A stretch of DNA of 64,000 nt, from positions 195,355 through 259,354 of the forward strand of contig CAWDTJ010000004.1 of NCBI GenBank assembly GCA_963805265.1. The letters are read 5' to 3'. Shown here in pieces: positions 19,378-28,379 of the stretch. Under the pieces are notes generated by a model. It searched no databases. It was given only the letters and a program-made list of their open reading frames with translations, and was not told where the DNA came from. This stretch comes from an uncultured Actinomycetes bacterium. GTDB taxonomy: Bacteria > Actinomycetota > Thermoleophilia > Gaiellales > Gaiellaceae. How positions within the stretch are numbered: position 1 is the first letter of the stretch; each line of letters starts with the position of its first letter. A program made the position numbers and the translations under genes.

Positions 19378-22300
19378 GTGGATCCGCTCGCCTCGTTCTC
19401 GCCGAAGACGCGGGCCTGGTTCGAGGGCAACTTCGCCGCGCCGACGCCTGCCCAAGCGCTGGGCTGGCCGGCAATCGCGAGCGGCTCGAGCGTGCTCATT
19501 CAGGCGCCTACCGGCTCGGGCAAGACGCTCGCAGCCTTCCTCTCGGGCATCGACCGGCTGAACGAGGCGCCGGGCGAGGGCCTGCGCCTGCTCTACGTCT
19601 CGCCGCTCAAGGCGCTCAACTACGACGTCGAGCGCAACCTGCGCGGTCCTCTGGCGGGGATCGGCTCCGAGCTCAGGGTTGCCGTGCGCACCGGCGACAC
19701 GCCGGCCAAGGAACGCGCGGCGATGCTGCGCCATCCGCCGGACATCCTGATCACCACGCCCGAGTCGCTCTACCTGCTACTCACCTCGCGCGCCCGCGAG
19801 ATGCTGAAGTCGCTCGAGACGGTGATTCTCGACGAGGTGCACGCCGTCGCCGGCAGCAAGCGCGGCTCGCACCTGGCGCTCTCGCTCGAGCGGCTGGAAC
19901 GCCTCGTCGGTCGGCCGATTCAGCGCATCGCGCTCTCGGCCACGCAGCGGCCGCTGGAGGAGATCGGTCGCTTCGTCTCGGGCGGCCGTCCGATCGAGAT
20001 CGTCGATGCCGGCTCGCGCAAGCAGCTCGATCTCTCGGTCTGCGTGCCCGTGCCCGACATGCGCGAGCTCGGTCAGGCGGGCTCGATCTGGCCCTCGATC
20101 TATCCGGAGATCGTCGAGCTGGTGCGAGCGCATCGCTCGACCATCGTCTTCGTCAACAACCGCCGCCTGGCCGAGCGCCTGGCGCTTCGCATCAACGAGG
20201 CCGGCGAGGAAGAGCTGGCGCGCGCCCACCACGGCTCGCTCGCGCGCGAGCAGCGCACTGAGATCGAGGAAGGGCTCAAGAGCGGCGAGCTGCGCTGCCT
20301 GGTCGCCACCTCCTCGCTCGAGCTGGGTATCGACATGGGCGCGGTCGATCTGGTCATCCAGGTCGAGTCGCCGAAGTCGGTGGCGCGCGGGCTGCAGCGG
20401 ATCGGCCGCGCCGGGCACACGCTCGAGGCCACGGCGAAGGGCCGCATCTTCCCCAAGTTCCGCGGCGATCTGCTCGAGACCGCGGTCGTTGCCAGCCGTA
20501 TGCGCGAGGGGCTGATCGAGGAGACGCAGATCCCACGCCAACCGCTCGATGTGCTCTGCCAGCAGATCGTGGCCATCTGCGCCGAGGAGGAGATCACCGT
20601 CTCCGAGCTGCACGAGCTGGTCTGCCGCGCCTACCCCTTCGCCGAGCTATCGCGCGCCCAGCTCGAGAACGTGCTCGACATGCTGGCGGGGCGCTACCCC
20701 TCCGACGAGTTCGCCGAGCTCCGTCCGCGCATCGTCTGGGACCGGACGGCCGGAATCGTTCGCGGACGTCCCGGCGCGCAGCGCCTGGCCGTCACCAACG
20801 CCGGCACCATCCCCGATCGCGGTCTCTACGGCGTCCATCTCGTCGACGGTGGCGGGCGCGTCGGGGAGCTGGACGAGGAGATGGTCTACGAAGCCAGGCA
20901 GGGACAGGTCTTCTTGCTCGGCGCCTCGAGCTGGCGGATCGAGCAGATCACGCGCGACCGCGTGCTCGTCTCGCCGGCGCCGGGCGTGCCGGGCGCCGTG
21001 CCGTTCTGGAAGGGCGAGGGAGTGGGCAGGCCGGTGGAGCTGGGCGAGGCGATCGGGCGGGCCTCGCGCGAGCTGGTGGCGCTGCCGAACGAGACGGCGC
21101 TCGAGCGGCTGCGCGGCGAGTTCAGCCTCGACGAGCGGGCGGCCGAGAACCTGCTCAGCTATCTGCACGATCAGGCCGAGGCCACCGGCGCCCTCCCGTC
21201 CGACAAGACGATCGTCGTCGAGCGCTTCCGCGACGAGATCGGCGACTGGCGGGTGGTCGTGTTGACCCCGTTCGGGGCGCGCGTGCACGCCCCCTGGGCG
21301 CTCGCCCTCGCTGCGCGGCTGCGCGACGCGCTCGGAATCGAGGCGCACGCGATCTGGTCGGATGACGGCATCGCGCTCCACCTTCCCGACGTCGAGCAGC
21401 CGCCGTCGATGCACGAGCTCCTGGTCGGCCCCGAGGAGATCGAGGAGCTGGTCGTGGGCGAGGTGGGGCAGAGCGCGCTCTACGGTGCCCGCTTCCGCGA
21501 GAACGCGGCCCGAGCGCTGTTGATTCCGCGCCGCCGCCCGGGTCAGCGCACGCCGCTCTGGCAGCAGCGCCTGAAGGCGCAGAGCCTGCTCGAGGTCGCG
21601 CGCCGCTTCCCGTCCTTTCCGATCGTGCTCGAGACCTACCGCGAGTGCCTGCAAGACGTCTTCGACCTGCCTGCGCTGAAGCAGATCTTGCAGCGCCTGC
21701 AAACGCGCGAGCTCGATCTGATCGAGGTCGAGACGGCTTCGGCCTCGCCCTTCGCCGGCTCGCTGATCTTCGAATACGTCGCTTCCTACATGTACGAGGA
21801 CGACACGCCGCCGGCCGAGCGCCGGGCTCAGGCTCTCTCACTCGACCGCGGGCTGCTGCGCGAGCTGCTCGGCCAGGAGGAGCTGCGCGACCTGCTCGAC
21901 GCGGGCGCGGTCGAGGAGGTGGAGCGCAACCTCCGCGGCGCCCCGCGCGACGCCGACGAGCTGCACGACGTGCTCAGGCTGCGCGGCGACCTGCGCCCCG
22001 GCGAGTTCGACGAGGCCTTCGCGGCCGTGCTCGAGACCGAGCGCCGAGCCGTGCGCGTGCGCCTGGCCGGCGAGGAGCGGTTGATCGCGGCCGAAGACGC
22101 CGGGCGCTACCGCGACGCGCTCGGCGCGATGCCGCCCGCGGGCTTACCGGACGCTTTTCTCGAGCCGGTGCCGGATGCGCTCAGCTCGCTGATTCGCCGC
22201 TACTCGCGCGGGCGCGGGCCCTTCACGACCGAACAGGCCGCCGCTCACTTCGGCCTCGAAACCGCGCGCGTGGAGGAGATCCTGACCGCGCTGGAGCAGG

Positions 22301-23748
22301 AAGAGGCGCTCGTGCGCGGTGAGCTTCGGCCGGGCGGGACGGAGCGCGAGTGGTGCGATCCGGATGTGCTGAGAAGGCTGCGGCGCGCTTCGCTGGCGCG
22401 GCTGCGCAAGGAGGTGGAGCCGGCCGATCCGGCGGCGCTGGCGCGCTTCTTGCCCGGCTGGCAGGGAATCGACCGGCGCTCGACGCTGCGTGAGGCGCTC
22501 GTTCCCCTACAGGCGCTCGCGCTTCCGGTCTCGCTCTGGGAGTCGGACTTGCTGCCTCGGCGCGTGCCCGGCTACCAACCGGCCGAGCTCGATCAGCTCT
22601 GTGCCTCGGGCGAAGTGGTCTGGGTCGGCGCCGGGCTCGAGCGCGTCGCCGTCTTCTTCCGCCAGGATGCCCGCCTACTCGGACCGCCGTCGGGCGCACC
22701 TCGCCCCGAAGGTGAGGCGCCCGAGCGGATTCGTGCCGCGCTCGCCGCCGGAGCCCTCTTCTGGGACGAGCTCCTCGCCGCGGCCGCGCTCGACTCCGAG
22801 CAGGTACTACCGGCTCTCTGGGATCTCGTCTGGGCGGGCGAGGCGACGAACGACTCCTGGCAGCCGCTGCGCGCCGAGCGCCGCTTCGAGACCCGGCCGA
22901 GCGAGCGACGAGTACGCCGCTTCGCCCGCTCGCGCGCCCAGGCTCCGACGGCGACGCAGGGCCGCTGGTCGCTCACCAGCGCCCTGTTCGGACCTGTCCC
23001 GGTGCCAGGCACGGTGTCGATTTCGAAACAATCTCAACCGCCCAACGAGGCCGAAACCGCGTCGCGCCGAGGTGGTGAGAAGGCAGCTCTTGCCCCGTCC
23101 GGACGTGTCCCGGTGCCAGGCATGGTTGCGGGAGTGGGTCAATCTTTCGACAGGCGCGCGCTGGCCGAGCTGTTGCTCGAGCGTCAGGGGATCGTCACTC
23201 GCGACGGTGTTCGCGCCGAGGGGATTCCGGGCGGCTACGGCACCGTCTACGGCGAGCTGAAGGCGCTCGAGGTGCTGGGGCTCTGCCGCCGCGGCTACTT
23301 CGTCGAGGGGCTCGGCGGCGCTCAGTTCGCGCTCGCCGGCGCTGTCGAGCGACTGCGCGAGCTGCGGCCGCGCCCGGACCTCGAAGCCGAGGCACTCGTG
23401 CTCGCCGCGGCCGATCCCGCTCAGCCCTACGGCGCAGCCCTTTCCTGGCCCGTCCGCTCGGCCGGGCGTGCGGCCCGTGTCGCCGGAGCTCACGTGGTGC
23501 TTCTGGGCGGCGAGGCGGTGCTCTTCATCGAGCGCGGCGGCCGTTCGCTCCTTCCGCTGCGCGATCCTGACGAGACCTGGCTACGACCGGCACTGGAGGC
23601 GCTGGTAGCTCACGTACGCCGGCGCGAGATCAAGCGCCTGGCGGTCGAGCGCTTCGACGGTGAGCCCGTCGTGACGAGCGAGGTGATGCCGCTCCTACTC
23701 GAGATCGGCTTCGTGGCCGGACCGAGGCGCGCCGTACTGCGCGCCTAG
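19378..23748 (+). CDS. lhr: Lhr-type large ATP-dependent DEAD/DEAH-box helicase
   Basis: Intact 1456-aa ORF with APTGSGKTLAAF (motif I), DEVH (motif II), SATQ and HHGSLAREQR, plus the long Lhr C-terminal extension. Confidence 0.9.
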   Translation: MDPLASFSPKTRAWFEGNFAAPTPAQALGWPAIASGSSVLIQAPTGSGKTLAAFLSGIDRLNEAPGEGLRLLYVSPLKALNYDVERNLRGPLAGIGSELRVAVRTGDTPAKERAAMLRHPPDILITTPESLYLLLTSRAREMLKSLETVILDEVHAVAGSKRGSHLALSLERLERLVGRPIQRIALSATQRPLEEIGRFVSGGRPIEIVDAGSRKQLDLSVCVPVPDMRELGQAGSIWPSIYPEIVELVRAHRSTIVFVNNRRLAERLALRINEAGEEELARAHHGSLAREQRTEIEEGLKSGELRCLVATSSLELGIDMGAVDLVIQVESPKSVARGLQRIGRAGHTLEATAKGRIFPKFRGDLLETAVVASRMREGLIEETQIPRQPLDVLCQQIVAICAEEEITVSELHELVCRAYPFAELSRAQLENVLDMLAGRYPSDEFAELRPRIVWDRTAGIVRGRPGAQRLAVTNAGTIPDRGLYGVHLVDGGGRVGELDEEMVYEARQGQVFLLGASSWRIEQITRDRVLVSPAPGVPGAVPFWKGEGVGRPVELGEAIGRASRELVALPNETALERLRGEFSLDERAAENLLSYLHDQAEATGALPSDKTIVVERFRDEIGDWRVVVLTPFGARVHAPWALALAARLRDALGIEAHAIWSDDGIALHLPDVEQPPSMHELLVGPEEIEELVVGEVGQSALYGARFRENAARALLIPRRRPGQRTPLWQQRLKAQSLLEVARRFPSFPIVLETYRECLQDVFDLPALKQILQRLQTRELDLIEVETASASPFAGSLIFEYVASYMYEDDTPPAERRAQALSLDRGLLRELLGQEELRDLLDAGAVEEVERNLRGAPRDADELHDVLRLRGDLRPGEFDEAFAAVLETERRAVRVRLAGEERLIAAEDAGRYRDALGAMPPAGLPDAFLEPVPDALSSLIRRYSRGRGPFTTEQAAAHFGLETARVEEILTALEQEEALVRGELRPGGTEREWCDPDVLRRLRRASLARLRKEVEPADPAALARFLPGWQGIDRRSTLREALVPLQALALPVSLWESDLLPRRVPGYQPAELDQLCASGEVVWVGAGLERVAVFFRQDARLLGPPSGAPRPEGEAPERIRAALAAGALFWDELLAAAALDSEQVLPALWDLVWAGEATNDSWQPLRAERRFETRPSERRVRRFARSRAQAPTATQGRWSLTSALFGPVPVPGTVSISKQSQPPNEAETASRRGGEKAALAPSGRVPVPGMVAGVGQSFDRRALAELLLERQGIVTRDGVRAEGIPGGYGTVYGELKALEVLGLCRRGYFVEGLGGAQFALAGAVERLRELRPRPDLEAEALVLAAADPAQPYGAALSWPVRSAGRAARVAGAHVVLLGGEAVLFIERGGRSLLPLRDPDETWLRPALEALVAHVRRREIKRLAVERFDGEPVVTSEVMPLLLEIGFVAGPRRAVLRA
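22995..23122 (+). repeat. 17-bp direct repeat (tgtcccggtgccaggca) at 22995-23011 and 23106-23122, bracketing an in-frame 111-nt period inside lhr
   Basis: Exact repeat read from the sequence. The enclosed stretch is visibly AT-richer than the rest of lhr and encodes VPVPGTVSISKQSQPPNEAETASRRGGEKAALAPSGRVPVPGMV. Confidence 0.7.
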
Positions 23749-23777
23749 TCGAGAGCGGGGCAGTAGGAAAGAAGAGT

Positions 23778-23798
23778 CTCGCTCGGCTACCGAGCGAG
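23778..23798 (+). terminator. Stem-loop 30 nt downstream of lhr
   Basis: CTCGCTCGG, loop cta, CCGAGCGAG (9-bp perfect stem). No U-tract. Confidence 0.4.
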
Positions 23799-24037
23799 CA
23801 GCAAACGCAGAGTCAGATTCGCAGCCGGGAAGTTACGAATCTTCGCACGCAGTAGTTCCGCAGTCATCGAGTCGCCGCCTTTCACGCCGCCAATACGCAG
23901 GCACGAAGCTTGACTCCTCGAGTCGCCGCGGCCATCCCCCGATGGGGCAGTGTTCTGATCAAGCACTCGAACGAGGGAAGGCGGTTATTCGCCGCCTCGC
24001 AAGCAGGAGTGCAGGCACCGACTGCGTAGGGGGAAAC

Positions 24038-25292
24038 GTGGCCGTTCGCGCTCCGCACCTCTATCACTCGCTGCGCCTCTTTTGCCTCGGAGCCTTCTCC
24101 GAGCTGGAGACCGATATCTCGCACGGCGCCGAGGTTCCCTTCGCCTTCGAGGAGCACGCTGCGCCGGGCCGGCCTTCGCTTGTACGAGTACCGGCCGCTG
24201 GTGCGCGGCTTCGTCGAGAAGCGCTCGCAGCAGCTGATGGAGCTGGCCGACGCCCAGTCCGCGATCGAGGACTTGAGGCACGAGAAGGCGGCCGCGATCT
24301 TCGCGCGCGCCCACGCCGGCGAGCAGCTGCCCGACGAGGAAGCGCTCTTCATGACGGTGCTGCTGCCCCTGCTCGTCGCCACCACCGAGAGTTGCGGCGG
24401 CTTCGACTGGCACGACGACGCCTTCGACCGCGCCTACATCGAGCTCGAGGGCTCTCTCTTCGGCGGCGAGCGAAGCTACGTGGCGGTCGCACCGCTGGTC
24501 GGCCTTTCTTTGGGCGCGCAGGTCGAGCTCGGCGACGGCGTGCGGGTCAGGCTTTCGCCTCCCGGCGAGCTTTCCACCTACTGGCCCGAGGCGAGCGGCA
24601 TACTGCCGCGCGAGTTCGGGCGACGTGCCGACCGCCTGTCCGTGATCGAGCTACGGCGTGACCTGGGCGTCGATCAGATCGAGGCGCCCGACGCCCCGGC
24701 CGAGCTGGCCGACGCGATCAGCGCCCTGCGCCTGGCGACCGCCGGCGCGATCGCCGCGGGGCCGGTGCTGTTCGAGCGGCTCGACAAGCGCCCCTACGGA
24801 ATCCGGCCGATCCTGCCCATCGCCGCCACCGAGCCGTACGGCGAGCCGACGCGCCTCGACCCCTTCCGCGGCAAGCTGGCGCACGACCTGCGCGCGCGCA
24901 TCGCCGCGGCCGACGAAGACCGCCAGCTCTGCGAGGCGCTCGATCGCTGGGAGCTGTCGCTCTTTGCCCAGGAGCCGTTCCGCTCGGAGCAGCTGCGCGA
25001 AGCGCTGACCTCGGTTCTCGGCGCCAACGAGGGGTTGGCGATGGCGGCGCTCAGGGCCGCGACTCTGCTCGGCGAGGGATCGAGCGAACGCGCCGAGCTG
25101 CGCGTGCGCCTGCGTGCGCTGGCCGGCGGCGAGCCGGCCGACAAGGACACGAGCGACGCGATTCGGCGCGCGCTGGTCGAGGTGTTGATGCACGGGCACC
25201 GCGAGCGGATGATCGAGGCGCTCGACGAGTCGTTGCTTGGTCTGCGCCCGCGCCCGAGTCGCTCGATGGCGATCCGGGCCGCCGCCAGTTAA
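24038..25292 (+). CDS. Hypothetical protein, no recognisable domain (probable frameshift near 24178)
   Basis: 370-aa ORF 24180..25292 with strong GC3 bias. An upstream segment in another frame (GTG at 24038 after GGGGGA; APHLYHSLRLFCLGAFSELETDISHGAEVPFAFEE...) has the same bias and abuts the ORF. Confidence 0.55.
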
Positions 25293-25353
25293 GAGCCTAT
25301 CTCGGCGCTAATCCGACACGTTTCTGTGACAGGGCGGGTTCTACCCTCTCGTC

Positions 25354-25617
25354 GTGGAGGAGGCGCGCGCCGTGATTGCCAGGCTGGATCGCATCGAGGC
25401 GATGGCGCTCGCCCGGGCGCCGGCCGCGCTCGTGCTGAGCGAGCTCGAACTGCTGATCCCGGAGGCGCGGCGCTGGCTGGAGGGGGAAGGGCCGGCCGCC
25501 GCCGCGGCGCGCGTTGCTCTCGAACGCTGCCTGCTGGCGCTGAGAGAGAGCCCGCATGTTGCGAGCGCCGAGATCGCCATCGAGAGACGTTCGCTAACCT
25601 GCCCGTGTCTCGAGTAA
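25354..25617 (+). CDS. Small hypothetical protein, 87 aa, helical and Ala/Leu/Arg-rich
   Basis: GTG start and high GC3. No homology recognised. It could be a shadow ORF. Confidence 0.35.
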   Translation: MEEARAVIARLDRIEAMALARAPAALVLSELELLIPEARRWLEGEGPAAAAARVALERCLLALRESPHVASAEIAIERRSLTCPCLE

Positions 25618-26075
25618 GAAACGAGACGCGCCGCACTAACCTCTGCTACTACCCGCGCTCGCGCAAGATATCTTTTCGCGGTCTAGGCGTGATCGGGCGA
25701 ATCTCGCCGGTCGAATACTGGGACGGCGAGGAGTAGCGGCAGAAACCGAGCCCGCTTCTTGTTCGGTCAAGAAGCTCCTGCTCAGCGACTTTCTTTGGCC
25801 GCCCCGGTCGGACTCTGCACTCGACGCCGGCGGTGCTGAGGCGACGTGATTCGCCCCTCTAACCGACTGCGATTTAGGCCGCGGCTAAAGTGCCTGGAAA
25901 GCATCGCATTTGCCGTACCATGTGGATCTATGCCTTGTCGGCGACGGCGGATGCTCGGACGTGGTCGGGAGCGAAGGGGAGGACTCCACTTGAACAGGCC
26001 GAAGATGGAGCGCCGATGGGGGTCGCAAGCTTATTGTCGCGTCCGCTTCAGCGGGCGCCCGAAGAAGGAGTGTCG

Positions 26076-26846
26076 ATGGGGCGCGTGATCGCGTTCGCCA
26101 ATCAGAAGGGCGGTGTCGCCAAAACGACGTCGACGCTCAATCTCGCGGTTGCGTTCGCAGAGCACGATCTCAACGTTCTGGTGGTCGATCTGGATCCGCA
26201 GGGAAACCTGACCATGAGCCAGGGCCTGAACCCCGACACGATCGAGCGCTCGATGTTCGACGTGCTCGTTCACCGCTTGCCGATCACCGAGGTCATTCAG
26301 AGCCGCGAGATCGACCTGGCGGTCAGCTCGATCGATCTGGCCGGCGCGGAGTTGGCGCTGACGAGCATGATCGGGCGCGAGCGAGCGCTGGAAAAGGCGC
26401 TCCTGCCGGTACGCGAGCAGTACGACTACATCCTGATCGATACGCCGCCGTCGCTCGGCCTGCTGACCATCAACGCCTTCGTCGCCTCGGACGGCGTGAT
26501 CGTGCCGGTGCAGTGCGAATACCTCTCGTTGCGAGGCCTCGTCCAGCTGGAGAACACGCTTTCTATGGTGCGCGAGAACCTCAACCCGAGCGTCGAGATT
26601 CAGGGAATCCTGCCCACGATGTACGACAAACGCACGCTGCACTCGCGCGAGGCGATCGACATCCTGCAGGAGAACTTCGGCGACCTCGTCTTCAACACGA
26701 GAATTCGCAAGACGATTCGCTATGCCGAGGCGCCGGTAAAGGGCGCATCAGTGCTCAAGTACGATCCAAAGGGAGAGGCCGCGGGCTACTACCGCGATCT
26801 CGCCAAGGAGGTACTCAATGGCGCGAAAACGCGCAAGCATGCGTGA
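26076..26846 (+). CDS. parA: ParA/Soj-family (deviant Walker A) ATPase
   Basis: GAAGGAG before the ATG at 26076. Contains [20 protein letters not shown] and DLDPQGN. The upstream extension in the track ORF was rejected. Confidence 0.9.
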   Translation: MGRVIAFANQKGGVAKTTSTLNLAVAFAEHDLNVLVVDLDPQGNLTMSQGLNPDTIERSMFDVLVHRLPITEVIQSREIDLAVSSIDLAGAELALTSMIGRERALEKALLPVREQYDYILIDTPPSLGLLTINAFVASDGVIVPVQCEYLSLRGLVQLENTLSMVRENLNPSVEIQGILPTMYDKRTLHSREAIDILQENFGDLVFNTRIRKTIRYAEAPVKGASVLKYDPKGEAAGYYRDLAKEVLNGAKTRKHA

Positions 26847-28263
26847 CGGCCCGCTGGCCGAGCTTTTCCGCGCAACCGAAGCCGCTCAACGCCAGGCCGA
26901 GCGAGACGCCTCCCAAGGGGCGGGAGAGCCTCCCGCACCGCCGGCTCACACTCCTGAGCCGCCCGAAGAGACCGTCGAGCACACCCCGATCTTCGACGAG
27001 CCGCCGGCTCGAGTCGAGCCTCCTGCGCCCGCGATCGAAGAGGAGGAGGCTGCGCCCGTTTCGCCGCCGGCAAAGCCTGCTCCGGCTTCCATGCCCGCGA
27101 CCGTCGCGCCTACGCCGGCAGCGAGCGTTCCCGCACCCGAACCGAGAGCGAAGCCGTACGAGCCACCCTCGAGCCCGCGTTACGTCGAGCCGATTCCCGA
27201 GCCGCCCGCCCGGCTACACCAGGTCGGGCCCGACGCCAGCGCGTATCTGGCCGTTATTCGCGTGGCGGGCGTCGGCGGCGCCGGCCTCAACGCCATCCAC
27301 CGCATGATGGACGCCGGCATCTCGCAGGTCGATTTCGTCGCGATCAACACCGATATCCAGCAGCTGCAGATGAGCGACGCGCCGATCAAGATCCACATCG
27401 GGCGTGACCTGACCCAGGGACTCGGCTCCGGCTCCGATCCGGAGGTCGGCAAGTTGGCGGCGGAGGAAGCTTACGATCAGATCAAGCACTCGCTGCGCGG
27501 CTCGGACATGGTTTTCGTGACGGCCGGAGAGGGCGGCGGCACCGGTTCCGGCGCGGCTCCGGTGGTTGCCGGGATAGCGCGCGAGCTGGGAGCCCTAACG
27601 GTCGGGATCGTCACTCTGCCCTTCCGCTTCGAGGGCACCAAGCGCAAGTCGCAGGCCGATATCGGGGTCGAGGAGCTGCGCCGCAACTGCGACACGGTCA
27701 TCGTCATCCCGAACGATCGCCTGCTCGAGGTGCTCGATCGCTCGACCTCGATGCTCGAGGCTTTTCGCATCGCAGACGACGTGCTGCGCCAGGGCGTTCA
27801 GGGCATCTGCGACCTGATCACGATGCCCGGCTTGATCAACCTCGATTTCGCCGACGTCCGCACGATCATGAAAGACGCCGGCTCCGCTCTGATGGGCATC
27901 GGGTTCGCGACCGGCGAGAACCGTGCCAAGGAGGCAGCCGACCGGGCGCTGCGCTCGCCGCTGATCGACACGCAGCTCGTCGGCGCTCGGGGCATCTTGC
28001 TCTCGATCGCCGGCGGCGAGGACCTATCGCTGATGGAGGTAAACGAGGCGGCCGAGATCATCCGCCAGGCTTCGACCGAGGATACGAACATCATCTTCGG
28101 CGCCACTATCGACGAGAGCCTGACCGGTCAGATGTGGGTCACGGTGATCGCCACCGGGCTCGGTGGAGCAGGCGGCGTGCAGAAGGGCTGGCGCGCCAGC
28201 TTCGAGCCCGCTCCTCTCGGGGAGGTCGATCCGCTCGAGCCGCCCAGCTTCCTGAAGGACTGA
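26818..28263 (+). CDS. ftsZ: Cell-division GTPase FtsZ with a ~140-aa Pro/Glu/Ala-rich N-terminal extension
   Basis: AAGGAGG lies 6 nt before the ATG at 26818, which overlaps the parA 3' end by 29 nt. The core closely resembles actinobacterial FtsZ ([52 protein letters not shown]). The C-terminal linker is short and ends [11 protein letters not shown]. Confidence 0.9.
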   Translation: MARKRASMRDGPLAELFRATEAAQRQAERDASQGAGEPPAPPAHTPEPPEETVEHTPIFDEPPARVEPPAPAIEEEEAAPVSPPAKPAPASMPATVAPTPAASVPAPEPRAKPYEPPSSPRYVEPIPEPPARLHQVGPDASAYLAVIRVAGVGGAGLNAIHRMMDAGISQVDFVAINTDIQQLQMSDAPIKIHIGRDLTQGLGSGSDPEVGKLAAEEAYDQIKHSLRGSDMVFVTAGEGGGTGSGAAPVVAGIARELGALTVGIVTLPFRFEGTKRKSQADIGVEELRRNCDTVIVIPNDRLLEVLDRSTSMLEAFRIADDVLRQGVQGICDLITMPGLINLDFADVRTIMKDAGSALMGIGFATGENRAKEAADRALRSPLIDTQLVGARGILLSIAGGEDLSLMEVNEAAEIIRQASTEDTNIIFGATIDESLTGQMWVTVIATGLGGAGGVQKGWRASFEPAPLGEVDPLEPPSFLKD

Positions 28264-28379
28264 GCGCCGACCGTCAGCCTTAGGCCCCGAGAAGCGGTCT
28301 TTCGACGGTCTTGGCAACACGATCTCCAGACCAGGCGATAGTCTTCCCTCGCCTTAGAAGAGGTCGAAAAGGAGCCAAC

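Noticed and set aside
23750-24037. Lower-GC spacer after lhr, examined for RNase P, tmRNA, SRP or 6S RNA signatures
   Set aside because: None of the universally conserved cores (for example GAGGAAAGUCC for RNase P or the tmRNA 3' tRNA-like end) is present. It remains an unexplained spacer, noted under the 24038-25617 finding.
25890-26075. N-terminal extension of parA in the ORF track
   Set aside because: The ParA family normally starts a few residues before the KGGVGKT loop. GAAGGAG precedes the ATG at 26076, and the extension has poor codon bias.
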